DNA of 29,993 nucleotides from a virus (taxonomy: Duplodnaviria > Caudoviricetes): positions 1 to 29,993 of IMG/VR virus record IMGVR_UViG_3300035102_000171; one strand, written 5' to 3'. A model generated the notes under the pieces. It had not been told where the DNA came from. It did not search any database and was given only the letters and a program-made list of their open reading frames with translations. Made by a program: the position numbers and the translations under genes. Numbering within the stretch: the stretch's first letter is position 1; every line of letters starts with the position of its first letter. This document shows positions 6,972-15,939 of the stretch, in pieces.

Positions 6972-9380
6972 TTAGGGTACTTTGTATGACCCGTCCCCTA
7001 CTGCCATTATGCTGCCTTCTCTTCTGAGTCTCATTAACAAGCCCTTCACTTTATCAGCGCCTATACCCTTTGAACCACAGACGCTTATCAGTTCGTCCTC
7101 GTGATCGTACCCGTCACGGATGAGCTCCATAACCATCTTGATAAGGTCGCGCTGGCTGTGACTCATGCCTACATCGATGACCTCATAATCAACCATACCT
7201 GAGTTTACGGGCTGGCCGGAGATACTGCGCAGGGCGTATTCCATGATCCTGATAGCTTCCTGGGCGTGAGCGTACTCCACTTTGTCCGATAGTTCCCTTC
7301 TGGCGATAGCTGTGGCGACTCTGAAAGTGCTCTTAAGTGCTCTTCCGGAGATGCTTGCCTCTGGTCCGAAGTCTGCCTTGATGTTGATAAAGTGGTTCGT
7401 TATAACCTCACGTGCGCTATCGGTGAGCACTGGCCTCTCTTTTGACCTTGCATAGAGTACATATTTGCGCAAAAAGTCCAGGGATGCAGTTCTTTCTGCC
7501 TCGTATGGGTCGTTCTTCTGGTTCACTCTTGCTGATCGTATGGGTTTTGCGAAATTGTCGGCTATCTGGTGAGCTATTTGTTCATCCCATCCGGGTTCGT
7601 GGATCTCGGGTACTGATACAATGATGTCAATCCTTTGTTTGAAATATTCCGCACATTTGAACTGGTCGATTACGGGATATGTGGGGTCGATCTTTCCACC
7701 GCCGGAAGGGTTCGCGGTCATAATTACGCTGCACCGGCTCTGAAACTCTCCCATGCCGGCCTTTCCAACGTCCTGCTTCTGGTCCTCAAGCACTGGAGCT
7801 GTTTTTTCAAGCTCGCTTGCTTTGATCTTATCAATTTCATCTATTCCGACAGTGGATCCGTCAGCGTGAGCTAAAAATCCCGGTTTGAGCATCCATTTGC
7901 CGTCAAGCTCGCTTTTTTCTGCTACACTTGTCAGACCTACTCCGGAGCTCATCTGTCCGGCTTTATAAGTTTGTGGACCGTAGCCCCTGGGGGATATCCT
8001 GAGTACGTCCTTCATTATTTCGGATTTACCTGTACCGGGGTCGCCGAGCATCAACACGTGCACTGATGAACGGTTGCTGCCCGCGTCTTTGATATCCCAC
8101 GTCCAATCGCTGAAGAGTGGGATTGTGGCTATGGTCTTTTCGATATCCCTGCCGAATATCTGCGGGGCGGTGTTTCGTACAATGAAGTCATGCACTGTTG
8201 ATAGGCCGTGCTCGTTCGTATCTTTGACAAGCTCGTCGAATGTTTGGCACTCTTCTTCGCTGGGGAAAGGTGTTAGGGAGTCATCGGCTGCAATTACATT
8301 GTTGACAAGCATCACATGCTCGAAAGCCACGCTTTTTGCTTTACTGCCCTTGTCCTGTCTTTGCATCTCTGATACTTTGCCGGTGATGATAACATTCTTA
8401 CCAAGTATGCTGGTGTCTCCTGTGCAGAGATCTCCTTCAACATAACAGCGTATCTTTGATGCTCCGTTTATCTGGGTGTTTGATGATAGGATAATTAGCT
8501 GTCTGTTCACCCACCTGGTTTCGTCCATATTTAGTTTGAATGGTCCTCTTCTGCCACACGTTTCCTCTTCACATTCAGCAGGTTCGACCATGGTACCAAA
8601 GCGCCTCTGTGGCAATACTGTAGTGTGCCCACATCTCAAGCACTCGAATGCTGCGTCGGTGGGTATCTTGTCAACACTTGTCATCTCTAAAATGCGCCCT
8701 CTCACAGCCGAGAAAGTGCTAAAGTCGATGTCGTGTATATCCTCGACGTTCTTGACGTACTGTGTGGGTAGATTATAAAACCTTACCTCGAAATTTCTGG
8801 CAAGTTCTTCGTGGTTTTGTGAATGGTTGACCCGTGGTTCGAGATAGTCAATAAATTTCTCTTTGAAGTACTCGACCATTTCATCATATTTATCTGTGAA
8901 AAGATCGGCTGCACGGAAGCCGCGCAAAAAATCAATAACCTCGTAGTCTATCTCAACAAAGCACTGGCCGTTGTCGAGAGTTTGCTGGAACTCTGAAACA
9001 ATGTCCGGGTTTCCTGCCTGTCCGGAGAAGTATATCTCAAGCCAGTCCCTGAACCACATGGTTTCGTTGTTGGCCTCGGTGGCAAGTTTTCCTGCTTCCC
9101 TAACAAGTCTTTGATATTCGCTATACCCGTATTCGGTGAAGCGGTACTCCGCAGGACTTGTTCCGGGGACTGCTTCAACTATTGGGATATTACCAATTGA
9201 TTTTTGTTTTGCAGCACCTAAATAATAGAAAGCGTTTTTTGCTCTCGTTGCTGATAGTTCAAGTCCATCACTGATTGCATTGATGATATCAGTTCTGAGC
9301 ATCGATTCAGTTTCGGTGACATTAAGATCACCAAGTGCAAGAATAGTATTGTCTCTTTGAGACTCGAACGGTCCGGTCAT
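6972..9380 (-). CDS. mcm: MCM replicative helicase with N-terminal extension
   Basis: Zn finger CLRC...CEEETC, Walker A GDPGTGKS, GVGLT motif, Walker B IDEIDK, ISGRAL sensor-2 region, C-terminal wHTH. ATG at 9380 is preferred; the frame is open to TTG at 9434. Confidence 0.93.
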   Translation of the reverse strand: MTGPFESQRDNTILALGDLNVTETESMLRTDIINAISDGLELSATRAKNAFYYLGAAKQKSIGNIPIVEAVPGTSPAEYRFTEYGYSEYQRLVREAGKLATEANNETMWFRDWLEIYFSGQAGNPDIVSEFQQTLDNGQCFVEIDYEVIDFLRGFRAADLFTDKYDEMVEYFKEKFIDYLEPRVNHSQNHEELARNFEVRFYNLPTQYVKNVEDIHDIDFSTFSAVRGRILEMTSVDKIPTDAAFECLRCGHTTVLPQRRFGTMVEPAECEEETCGRRGPFKLNMDETRWVNRQLIILSSNTQINGASKIRCYVEGDLCTGDTSILGKNVIITGKVSEMQRQDKGSKAKSVAFEHVMLVNNVIAADDSLTPFPSEEECQTFDELVKDTNEHGLSTVHDFIVRNTAPQIFGRDIEKTIATIPLFSDWTWDIKDAGSNRSSVHVLMLGDPGTGKSEIMKDVLRISPRGYGPQTYKAGQMSSGVGLTSVAEKSELDGKWMLKPGFLAHADGSTVGIDEIDKIKASELEKTAPVLEDQKQDVGKAGMGEFQSRCSVIMTANPSGGGKIDPTYPVIDQFKCAEYFKQRIDIIVSVPEIHEPGWDEQIAHQIADNFAKPIRSARVNQKNDPYEAERTASLDFLRKYVLYARSKERPVLTDSAREVITNHFINIKADFGPEASISGRALKSTFRVATAIARRELSDKVEYAHAQEAIRIMEYALRSISGQPVNSGMVDYEVIDVGMSHSQRDLIKMVMELIRDGYDHEDELISVCGSKGIGADKVKGLLMRLRREGSIMAVGDGSYKVP

Positions 9381-9465
9381 CAGACTGCACCGCCGGGTGT
9401 TTCTTCGTTTCGCATTTTTTATGACTCCTGTCAACTCGTCGTGTTAATTCGTTCATTCGTTGAGT

Positions 9466-9630
9466 TTATCCGTAGTGTTCAACTTCTTCCTTGGCGATCC
9501 ACTCCTGGAGAGCCTCTGTCGCAGCTAACGACTTGGCACCATGCTTACCGCCATACTTCTTCATTGCAGTAGCATAGAACTTATCCCGGAGTTCCGGATC
9601 AACCGTTATATTCAGTTGTTCCTTTGTCAT
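9466..9630 (-). CDS. RHH/CopG-like protein, 54 aa (not in ORF track)
   Basis: MTKEQLNITVDPELRDKFYATAMKKYGGKHGAKSLAATEALQEWIAKEEVEHYG; minus-strand TTTATATA at about 9653-9660 gives a leaderless start. Confidence 0.78.
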   Translation of the reverse strand: MTKEQLNITVDPELRDKFYATAMKKYGGKHGAKSLAATEALQEWIAKEEVEHYG

Positions 9631-9835
9631 GATATTTAATAAGTTGTCTTAGTATATAAACATGTCTAGATTTCTAGGAATATAGATATTGTTGTGGTAT
9701 TCTTTACAATTTATATTAAAAAGAAAAAGCCATATATTAAGGTTACTAAGCGTTTATATACTTCCTATTGATTAGTAATAGAATAAGATAATGGAACTTT
9801 TTTTTATTATTATTAGTATTATCACTATCAGTAGA

Positions 9836-10255
9836 GAGGTTTCACAAGAGGTTGCACAGGGGTTGCACAATCTCTTTAACCTATATCATGCAACCTCAAA
9901 AAATTAAAGCTGTTAAAAGTTTCATGGATGTTGTTAACGTTTATGTCACTACAATTATGAGTTCCAGGTTTCATGCAACCTCTGGTTTTTAGTGCAACCT
10001 CTTAAGGTAAAAACGGCATCTATCTCCGTGAAACCTCTACGCATACTAAACTTTTTGGGGTTGCACAGACTTGTCATTTTTTCTATGCAACTACTGTGAA
10101 ACCTATCATGAAACCCTTCTACTGCTATTATTTTCCTTGTTTTTAGGGTATTTTTTCTTTATACTTTCTATTTCGGATTTTAAAGTTTTCATATATACAA
10201 ATTGCGTAACAATTTTATATCAAAATCATAAAGAAAATATTCAAAAGGTTACATG
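9836..10255. repeat. iteron-like repeat cluster, candidate replication origin
   Basis: About 12 copies of (G/A)GGTT(G/T)CA(C/T) in both orientations, e.g. 9836, 9848, 9859, 9887rc, 9965, 9972rc, 9991rc, 10027rc, 10057, 10095rc, 10107rc, flanked by AT-rich non-coding DNA next to mcm. Confidence 0.75.
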
Positions 10256-10277
10256 GTGCAAACAAAGTATATAAAGA

Positions 10278-10475
10278 ATGAAAACAATCTTATCTTTGTT
10301 AAAAATGTCAGATAAGGTCACAGATTATGAACCACACTTTGTCGCAACAGTCAATAAAAATGGTTCCGTATATCTTGAGAAAGGTAGAAAGTTCGCAGGT
10401 CGCACTGTACACGTCTACCTGGTCAAAGATCAAGATGATATGACCGAATATGATGACATAGAACGAAACGAATAA
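10278..10475 (+). CDS. small AbrB-like/DUF2080-like DNA-binding protein
   Basis: ATVNKNGSVYL..GRKFAGRTVHVYLV swapped-hairpin pattern; the start could be the second Met. Confidence 0.55.
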   Translation: MKTILSLLKMSDKVTDYEPHFVATVNKNGSVYLEKGRKFAGRTVHVYLVKDQDDMTEYDDIERNE

Positions 10476-10588
10476 CAACAGCGAATTAACACGGAGTTGA
10501 ACCACGGAATGAATAGTGATATCTTTAAAACAAAACCAGGTGAAAACTCCGGCAGGCTCTCATAGGTGTCTGGCGGGGTGAAAGCGGG

Positions 10589-10861
10589 ATGTATCAATGC
10601 ACGCTATTAGATTCCAGATGGCAAATAAATACACATCTGGAGGATAATATAGTTAACACTAAGTCCTGGAAGATGGCAGTAAAAGCATATCTCAGGAACA
10701 GTGGCAAAAGAACTTTTCTATACAACGAGTTACCAGACTATCTCAAAAGCAAAAAGTGGCATAGCAGAGCAGCCGCACGTGAAGAGATCGCGCTTGTAAG
10801 GACCGTAAAGAATCCACCAGGCTCAAAGGCATCTCACGCAGGAGAGTGGAGGGTAACATGA
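10589..10861 (+). CDS. hypothetical basic protein
   Basis: 90-aa K/R-rich ORF; start uncertain. Confidence 0.5.
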   Translation: MYQCTLLDSRWQINTHLEDNIVNTKSWKMAVKAYLRNSGKRTFLYNELPDYLKSKKWHSRAAAREEIALVRTVKNPPGSKASHAGEWRVT

Positions 10862-10921
10862 CCTATTCTTATTTATCTTATGAATTGAAATTTTTAAATA
10901 GACAAAGGGAAGGGCGTTTAT

Positions 10922-11338
10922 ATGGCCAAATCAGGGAAGAAGAAAACCGGGCGACCAATTAAAAAACCGGAAGTATTTAACTGGACTCCACAACGGAGGA
11001 AGGCAGCTTTATTGTTATCAGAAGGCTTGTATAACAATAAAGAAGTTGCTAGCATGGTTAAGGTAACACCTCAAACTATATCAGTATGGAGACAATCGCC
11101 CGAGTTCTTGAAAGAGATTGATCGCCTTACATTTGAGAACGAACTTGCCACAAGAGCGGGCCTATTAAGACTGGCTTTTCAAGGAGTAGGGACTAACCGG
11201 GTCGACCTCAAGGAAGATAAGAACACCACTCTTGACTGGGCCAAGTTCATCATTGATCTTATCCCGCAGGACACCAAGGACGACGACGACAAGCTCAGAG
11301 CTCTAACTGATGCTATCATGGCAAGTGCAGGGAAGTGA
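10922..11338 (+). CDS. terS: terminase small subunit (HTH)
   Basis: WTPQRRKAALLL...NKEVASMVKVTPQTISVWRQSPEF HTH; upstream of the large subunit. Confidence 0.75.
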   Translation: MAKSGKKKTGRPIKKPEVFNWTPQRRKAALLLSEGLYNNKEVASMVKVTPQTISVWRQSPEFLKEIDRLTFENELATRAGLLRLAFQGVGTNRVDLKEDKNTTLDWAKFIIDLIPQDTKDDDDKLRALTDAIMASAGK

Positions 11339-11655
11339 GGGCATTGGTTTATGATATTATAATTTTTATATTGGGTACCCTTGGTCTTATATGGATAATC
11401 AAAGAAATTGTTATACCACTCGGAGATGGTCTGCTTTATGCTGTAGGTGCGACTATTTTTGATATGTGGCGCATTGATTGGTCTAAAGCGTGGAAAATGC
11501 CTCTACCAGTTACAATATTTATATTAAAGTATTTTTTTAATAATTTCCTTGACAGATTCGACTGGGGAGAAATTACAGAAAGAAGATCTGGCCGCAAAAG
11601 ATGGAAGCCATATTTCCATTATTGGACTGTAGGAAGCAAAGGAGCCAGTAAATGA
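11335..11655 (+). CDS. membrane protein inserted between the terminase genes
   Basis: Hydrophobic N-terminal helix and further hydrophobic segments; AT-rich; 4-nt overlaps with both neighbours. Confidence 0.6.
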   Translation: MRALVYDIIIFILGTLGLIWIIKEIVIPLGDGLLYAVGATIFDMWRIDWSKAWKMPLPVTIFILKYFFNNFLDRFDWGEITERRSGRKRWKPYFHYWTVGSKGASK

Positions 11656-12905
11656 CATTCAAACCGGGCTCATTCTCCAATAAGCAGATTGATGCAATAG
11701 CAAACTGTGACGCTCGCCTAAACATCCTTGAAGGATCCGTCCGAGCAGGTAAAACCATAGCCACTATAGTGGCACTTGCCAACATCATCGTGAGACTACC
11801 AAAAGACGCGAATATAATGTTCTGTGGGAAAACCGAGCGTACTCTGTACCGAAACATTATGATGCTCATGATGGAGATATTCGGCCCTACCAGAGTGAAG
11901 TATTCAAAGGGTTCAGGGGAGGGGCAGATATTCGGCAGGCGGTTCTATGCAGTTGGTGCAAATGATGAGCGGGCACAGGATAAGATCAGGGGTATCACAT
12001 TGTCCTTTGCCTACTGTGACGAAGTATCACTGTATCCTGAAAGCTTTTTCACTATGCTGCTTTCAAGACTATCCGAGCCGGGCGCACGACTACTGGCAAC
12101 AACCAACCCGGACAGCCCATACCACTGGCTTAAGGTCAACTATCTGGACCGTGAGGAAGAGCTCGATCTTAAGAGCTGGCACTTTCTACTAGAGGAGAAC
12201 GAGAACCTAGATTCTGCATACGTGGCATCATTGAAACAGGAGTACACAGGCCTCTGGTACAAACGGTTCATACTCGGCCAGTGGGTCCTTGCAGAAGGTG
12301 CAGTCTATGACATGTTCGATGAAGATAAGCACGTCAGGGAAGCTCCGGAACTCAAAACCTATACTGATCTATACGTAAGCTGCGACTACGGAACAACCAA
12401 CCCATGCGTATTCCTGCTATGGGGTGTAACGGTCAACAATGAACGCCAGATCATCAAAGAATACTACTGGGACTCAAAAGAGGAAGGCAGGCAAAAGACA
12501 GACGCGGAATACCTAGCAGACTTCGAGCAGTTCATCGAGGATATAGAGCTCGACGGCACAATAGTGGATCCTTCGGCAGCCTCGTTTATCCAGGCACTCC
12601 GGAGGGCTGGCCATTATGTGATTGAAGCTGATAACGCCGTACTCGATGGAATCCGGGAAGTATCAACGGAGCTATCACAGGACAACATCTATATCGATCC
12701 ATCCTGCAAGAACACCATCAAAGAGTTCTCCGGGTATGTGTGGGATAAGAAGGCCGGAGAGAGGGGAGAGGACAGACCACTCAAACAATCTGATCACGCA
12801 ATGGATGCACTCAGGTACTTTGTACATACTGTTCCATTAGATGAGAACGTAAATTATGCAGAGTCACCTATGCCGGCCATGGGTTCAGCCGTTCCGCAGT
12901 GGTGA
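11652..12905 (+). CDS. terL: terminase large subunit (PBSX-like)
   Basis: Walker A GSVRAGKT, Walker B YCDE, ATTNP motif, nuclease motifs DYGTTNP, VDPSA and DHAMDALRY. Confidence 0.95.
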   Translation: MTFKPGSFSNKQIDAIANCDARLNILEGSVRAGKTIATIVALANIIVRLPKDANIMFCGKTERTLYRNIMMLMMEIFGPTRVKYSKGSGEGQIFGRRFYAVGANDERAQDKIRGITLSFAYCDEVSLYPESFFTMLLSRLSEPGARLLATTNPDSPYHWLKVNYLDREEELDLKSWHFLLEENENLDSAYVASLKQEYTGLWYKRFILGQWVLAEGAVYDMFDEDKHVREAPELKTYTDLYVSCDYGTTNPCVFLLWGVTVNNERQIIKEYYWDSKEEGRQKTDAEYLADFEQFIEDIELDGTIVDPSAASFIQALRRAGHYVIEADNAVLDGIREVSTELSQDNIYIDPSCKNTIKEFSGYVWDKKAGERGEDRPLKQSDHAMDALRYFVHTVPLDENVNYAESPMPAMGSAVPQW

Positions 12906-13034
12906 TCTTCCTTATATTTTTCTTTAATCGGGTAATATACTTTTTTTATAGACGCATTTAGCATAAACTATAAATAATATTGCTAGTATATAGAGTATTG
13001 CCGAGAGGCGAATTAACACCAGGAACGAATTAAC

Positions 13035-13421
13035 ATGACATTGAACAAGACAACAATTGAGGCACTTGACCGCATGGAAGACAGGATTAAACCTCTGGAA
13101 CAGTCTCTTATCACAAAAAAAGAGCAGCGTGACAGGATGCAGGAAGATATGAAGAGCATCAAGAAAGCTGTCACTGTGGATATACTCGACATGTCAAAGG
13201 ACAAGGATGTAGCCAAAGAACTCGGTCTGACCAACCAGGCAGACAGGGACAGGGCCGTCGAGGAAAGACTTGAGCAGGATCCAGAGTACATGCGCCTAGA
13301 TGCAGCCGTCACAATGCTTGAGAAGGAGATAGCCCTCATGCAGATAGACATCTCATTCGAGCGCAGAAGGTTCCAGGTATGGCATGTTGAACAGCTAAAG
13401 AAGGCCGCAGGGGTGGAGTAA
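13035..13421 (+). CDS. coiled-coil hypothetical protein
   Basis: 128 aa; preceded by a TATA-like site and two CGAATTAAC copies. Confidence 0.75.
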   Translation: MTLNKTTIEALDRMEDRIKPLEQSLITKKEQRDRMQEDMKSIKKAVTVDILDMSKDKDVAKELGLTNQADRDRAVEERLEQDPEYMRLDAAVTMLEKEIALMQIDISFERRRFQVWHVEQLKKAAGVE

Positions 13422-13592
13422 ATGGCAGATATAGGTTATGAAGAGCTAGCTGCACACATACTTGGTGTTGATATAGACGACAACGAAGTATATGACAGCT
13501 TAGAAGACTTATTCTATGAGAAATACGATATTGACCTTTCTTTCTATTTTTTGGGTACACGATTGCAGGTGTGTGGAGTTGTTGGAGGTTGA
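13422..13592 (+). CDS. small acidic hypothetical protein (56 aa)
   Basis: MADIGYEELAAHILGVDIDDNEVYDSLEDLFYEKYDIDLSF...; ATG directly after the previous stop. Confidence 0.5.
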   Translation: MADIGYEELAAHILGVDIDDNEVYDSLEDLFYEKYDIDLSFYFLGTRLQVCGVVGG

Positions 13593-13598
13593 GGGACA

Positions 13599-13850
13599 AT
13601 GAGTCATGACAATGAACCAGAACAAAAACTCTGCACTGTTATCGAAATCAGATACAAAGGTGAAGTGCTGTTCGAAACACAACTTGACGAAATTGTCAAT
13701 GACGCCGATTTGGTTGTTGAGACTGACCTAAAATCAGTACAAGTTTGTCGCAAATGCAAGCGACGGGGGTCATATCACAAGTATCCAAACAAGGGATTAT
13801 GTTGTGATGGTGTTCAGCCGCGGGTTTGTGAGGAGTTGGGGTTCATATGA
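13599..13850 (+). CDS. hypothetical Cys-containing protein
   Basis: 83 aa with CRKC...CC; GGAGG upstream. Confidence 0.55.
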   Translation: MSHDNEPEQKLCTVIEIRYKGEVLFETQLDEIVNDADLVVETDLKSVQVCRKCKRRGSYHKYPNKGLCCDGVQPRVCEELGFI

Positions 13851-14770
13851 GAGTCAGACTCGTAGATGTAGACAGCAAGATCCCAAACCTTGCTTTGATG
13901 AAGCTCTCGGCTTACCACAAAGCACGTGGTGACGAGGTTGGCTTTGGTGTTGTTGATCCAGACAAAGTGTATGCATCTGTGATATTCAAGAAGAACAAGC
14001 ATATGGTTGATGGTCTGCCGTTCTTTTATCCAGGTGCTGACATCGTCGTTGGTGGTTCGGGGTATGACCTCTCAGTTACATTGCCTGATGATGTAGAGTT
14101 GATGAAACCAGACTATGATCTCTATCCAGAGTGTGAATCATCGATTGGGTTCTCTACCCGTGGATGTTTCAGGAAGTGCCATTTCTGCATCGTGCCGGAG
14201 AAAGAAGGCAGGTTCAGGACAGTCCAGCATCCAAGAGAGTGGTATGATGAACGCTTTGATAAGATAATGTTCCTCGACAATAACATCATTGCAGACAAGA
14301 ATTGGTTCTTTGAAGTTACCGACTGGTGCATTGAAAAGAACCTGCAAGTGTGGTTCACACAGGGTCTTGACATCCGACTGCTTGACGAGGAAGTTGCCAA
14401 GCAGCTGCTTCAAATGAAAGTATGGAAAGGGATCTTCTTTGCATGGGATCATATCGAAGATGAAACAAACATCAAAGAAAAGATAGCTCTCCTCAAGGAA
14501 GTCGGGTTCAGTGATTCAAAGCTACGCCGCGATGTTCAGTTTTACGTCTACGTGGATGATGATTCGGAGTATGAATCCGGTGTATATCGTTCACGGGAAC
14601 TCAAGAAACTCGAATGTAACTCTTTTGTGATGTTCAATATCGACACGGAAGCTACCGAGCGGATCAAGCTCCTGCAACGCTGGACTATCCGCAAAGAGCT
14701 CTACTGGACCAAAGACATCGATGACATTGTTCCGAGGAGAATGTGGAAAAAATGTGGGGTGACTGTATGA
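13847..14770 (+). CDS. radical SAM protein
   Basis: TRGCFRKCHFC (CxxxCxxC), FLDNN, QGLDIRL; N-terminal PNLALMKLSAYHK..GD.V domain. Confidence 0.88.
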   Translation: MRVRLVDVDSKIPNLALMKLSAYHKARGDEVGFGVVDPDKVYASVIFKKNKHMVDGLPFFYPGADIVVGGSGYDLSVTLPDDVELMKPDYDLYPECESSIGFSTRGCFRKCHFCIVPEKEGRFRTVQHPREWYDERFDKIMFLDNNIIADKNWFFEVTDWCIEKNLQVWFTQGLDIRLLDEEVAKQLLQMKVWKGIFFAWDHIEDETNIKEKIALLKEVGFSDSKLRRDVQFYVYVDDDSEYESGVYRSRELKKLECNSFVMFNIDTEATERIKLLQRWTIRKELYWTKDIDDIVPRRMWKKCGVTV

Positions 14771-15198
14771 CATCACAATGCCCTTACTCCCTCTCCTGCT
14801 CATCATACTCCCCAGACTCACAAACATGTCAAAAAGAGCCGGGGCCGTATTGTGGGAAGTACCGCAACTTCCTCATGTTTGACATCCGGCACGGCGAGCG
14901 TGCGGAGAAGAGGAGGCGGCTTGTGAGAGCTGTTAAGGTGAGGTTACTGACGGTGTTCTACCTGTCGGCTGCTCTTGTGTTTTCGTATCTGATGACATGG
15001 GTGTCGCTGGAGCCTGTCTACTACCCGGGCCATACATTTGCAATCATTCACGAGACATGTGAGTTCGTGGATGAGTACAAGATTGGTAAGCTGAACTATC
15101 ATCCACAGAGCAAGAATGTCGATTGGGTGAAGTTTGCCCGAGAGATATCTGATTTTTTAGATGAATGGGAGGAGATCACAAAAGATGCCAAGACCTGA
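14767..15198 (+). CDS. hypothetical membrane protein with Cys-rich N-terminus
   Basis: ATGA overlap at 14767; CP....C.......C......C followed by one TM helix. Confidence 0.55.
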   Translation: MTSQCPYSLSCSSYSPDSQTCQKEPGPYCGKYRNFLMFDIRHGERAEKRRRLVRAVKVRLLTVFYLSAALVFSYLMTWVSLEPVYYPGHTFAIIHETCEFVDEYKIGKLNYHPQSKNVDWVKFAREISDFLDEWEEITKDAKT

Positions 15199-15364
15199 GA
15201 AATGGATCCCACAAAAAGACATCTTAGGTCTACAAACACTCATAGAAGAAGGGTGGACCCAAGAACAAATTGCAGAATACTACTCAAAAAGACTACCATA
15301 CAAAGTTGCACAGCGGACTATATCAAAGAAGCTGGAGGAGTTGAAACAAGAAAAAAAGGACTAA
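15185..15364 (+). CDS. small HTH protein
   Basis: EEGWTQEQIAEYY....VAQRTISKKL; ATG at 15185 after GGAGGAG. Confidence 0.65.
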   Translation: MPRPEKWIPQKDILGLQTLIEEGWTQEQIAEYYSKRLPYKVAQRTISKKLEELKQEKKD

Positions 15365-15543
15365 TCCTTCTGTCGATACTTCTCTTTTAATTTTTCGTGG
15401 ATATTATGTTCCGTGGCAAGGTGCTCCACAGCCACTATGACTGCTTCAGTCATGTTTTTAAAATAGCCTTCGTTTACAAGGATCTCAAGCTCGTCAAGTG
15501 TTCGCTGTGGTAGCCTGAACCCCTTCGTCGTAGTCATCACCAT
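15361..15543 (-). CDS. RHH/CopG regulator
   Basis: TKGFRLPQRTLDELEILVNEGYFKNMTEAVIVAVEHL. Confidence 0.8.
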   Translation of the reverse strand: MVMTTTKGFRLPQRTLDELEILVNEGYFKNMTEAVIVAVEHLATEHNIHEKLKEKYRQKD

Positions 15544-15939
15544 GAGAAGTATTTTTACACAAATAATATTTTGCTACTGTCTATGTATGTACGGTTGTAC
15601 AACAACATATATAAAAATATCATGTATGTAAATTGCTAATACACTAGTATGCACCTATGTATAACAAAACTTATATGCATCAAAGTATATTATTGACATG
15701 AATAGTACAATCAATACTTTCACCACGCTAACTCATGCTTAAAATACCACAAATGATATTCTAGTAAATGGTTGCATTGGGTAATCAAAAAAGTAGAGTT
15801 GACAACAGGCGTCGAGTAGCTACCTCAACGCCTGAGCCACGAAACGAATTAACATTCTCTAATCAGCTTTGCTCATATATAAGTATATGCGAAACAATGA
15901 GCATAATTATATATTTTATTGAAGAACATATAACTAGTT

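Noticed and set aside
7442-9572. Plus-strand and alternate-frame ORFs overlapping mcm and the RHH gene
   Set aside because: Shadow ORFs of well-supported genes with no motifs.
9836-10117. Repeat cluster as a CRISPR array or transposon end
   Set aside because: Short degenerate units in mixed orientation with irregular spacing and no transposase; iterons fit better.
10071-10274. 67-aa hydrophobic ORF
   Set aside because: TTG start inside the iteron/AT-rich origin candidate; its hydrophobicity reflects the T-rich DNA.
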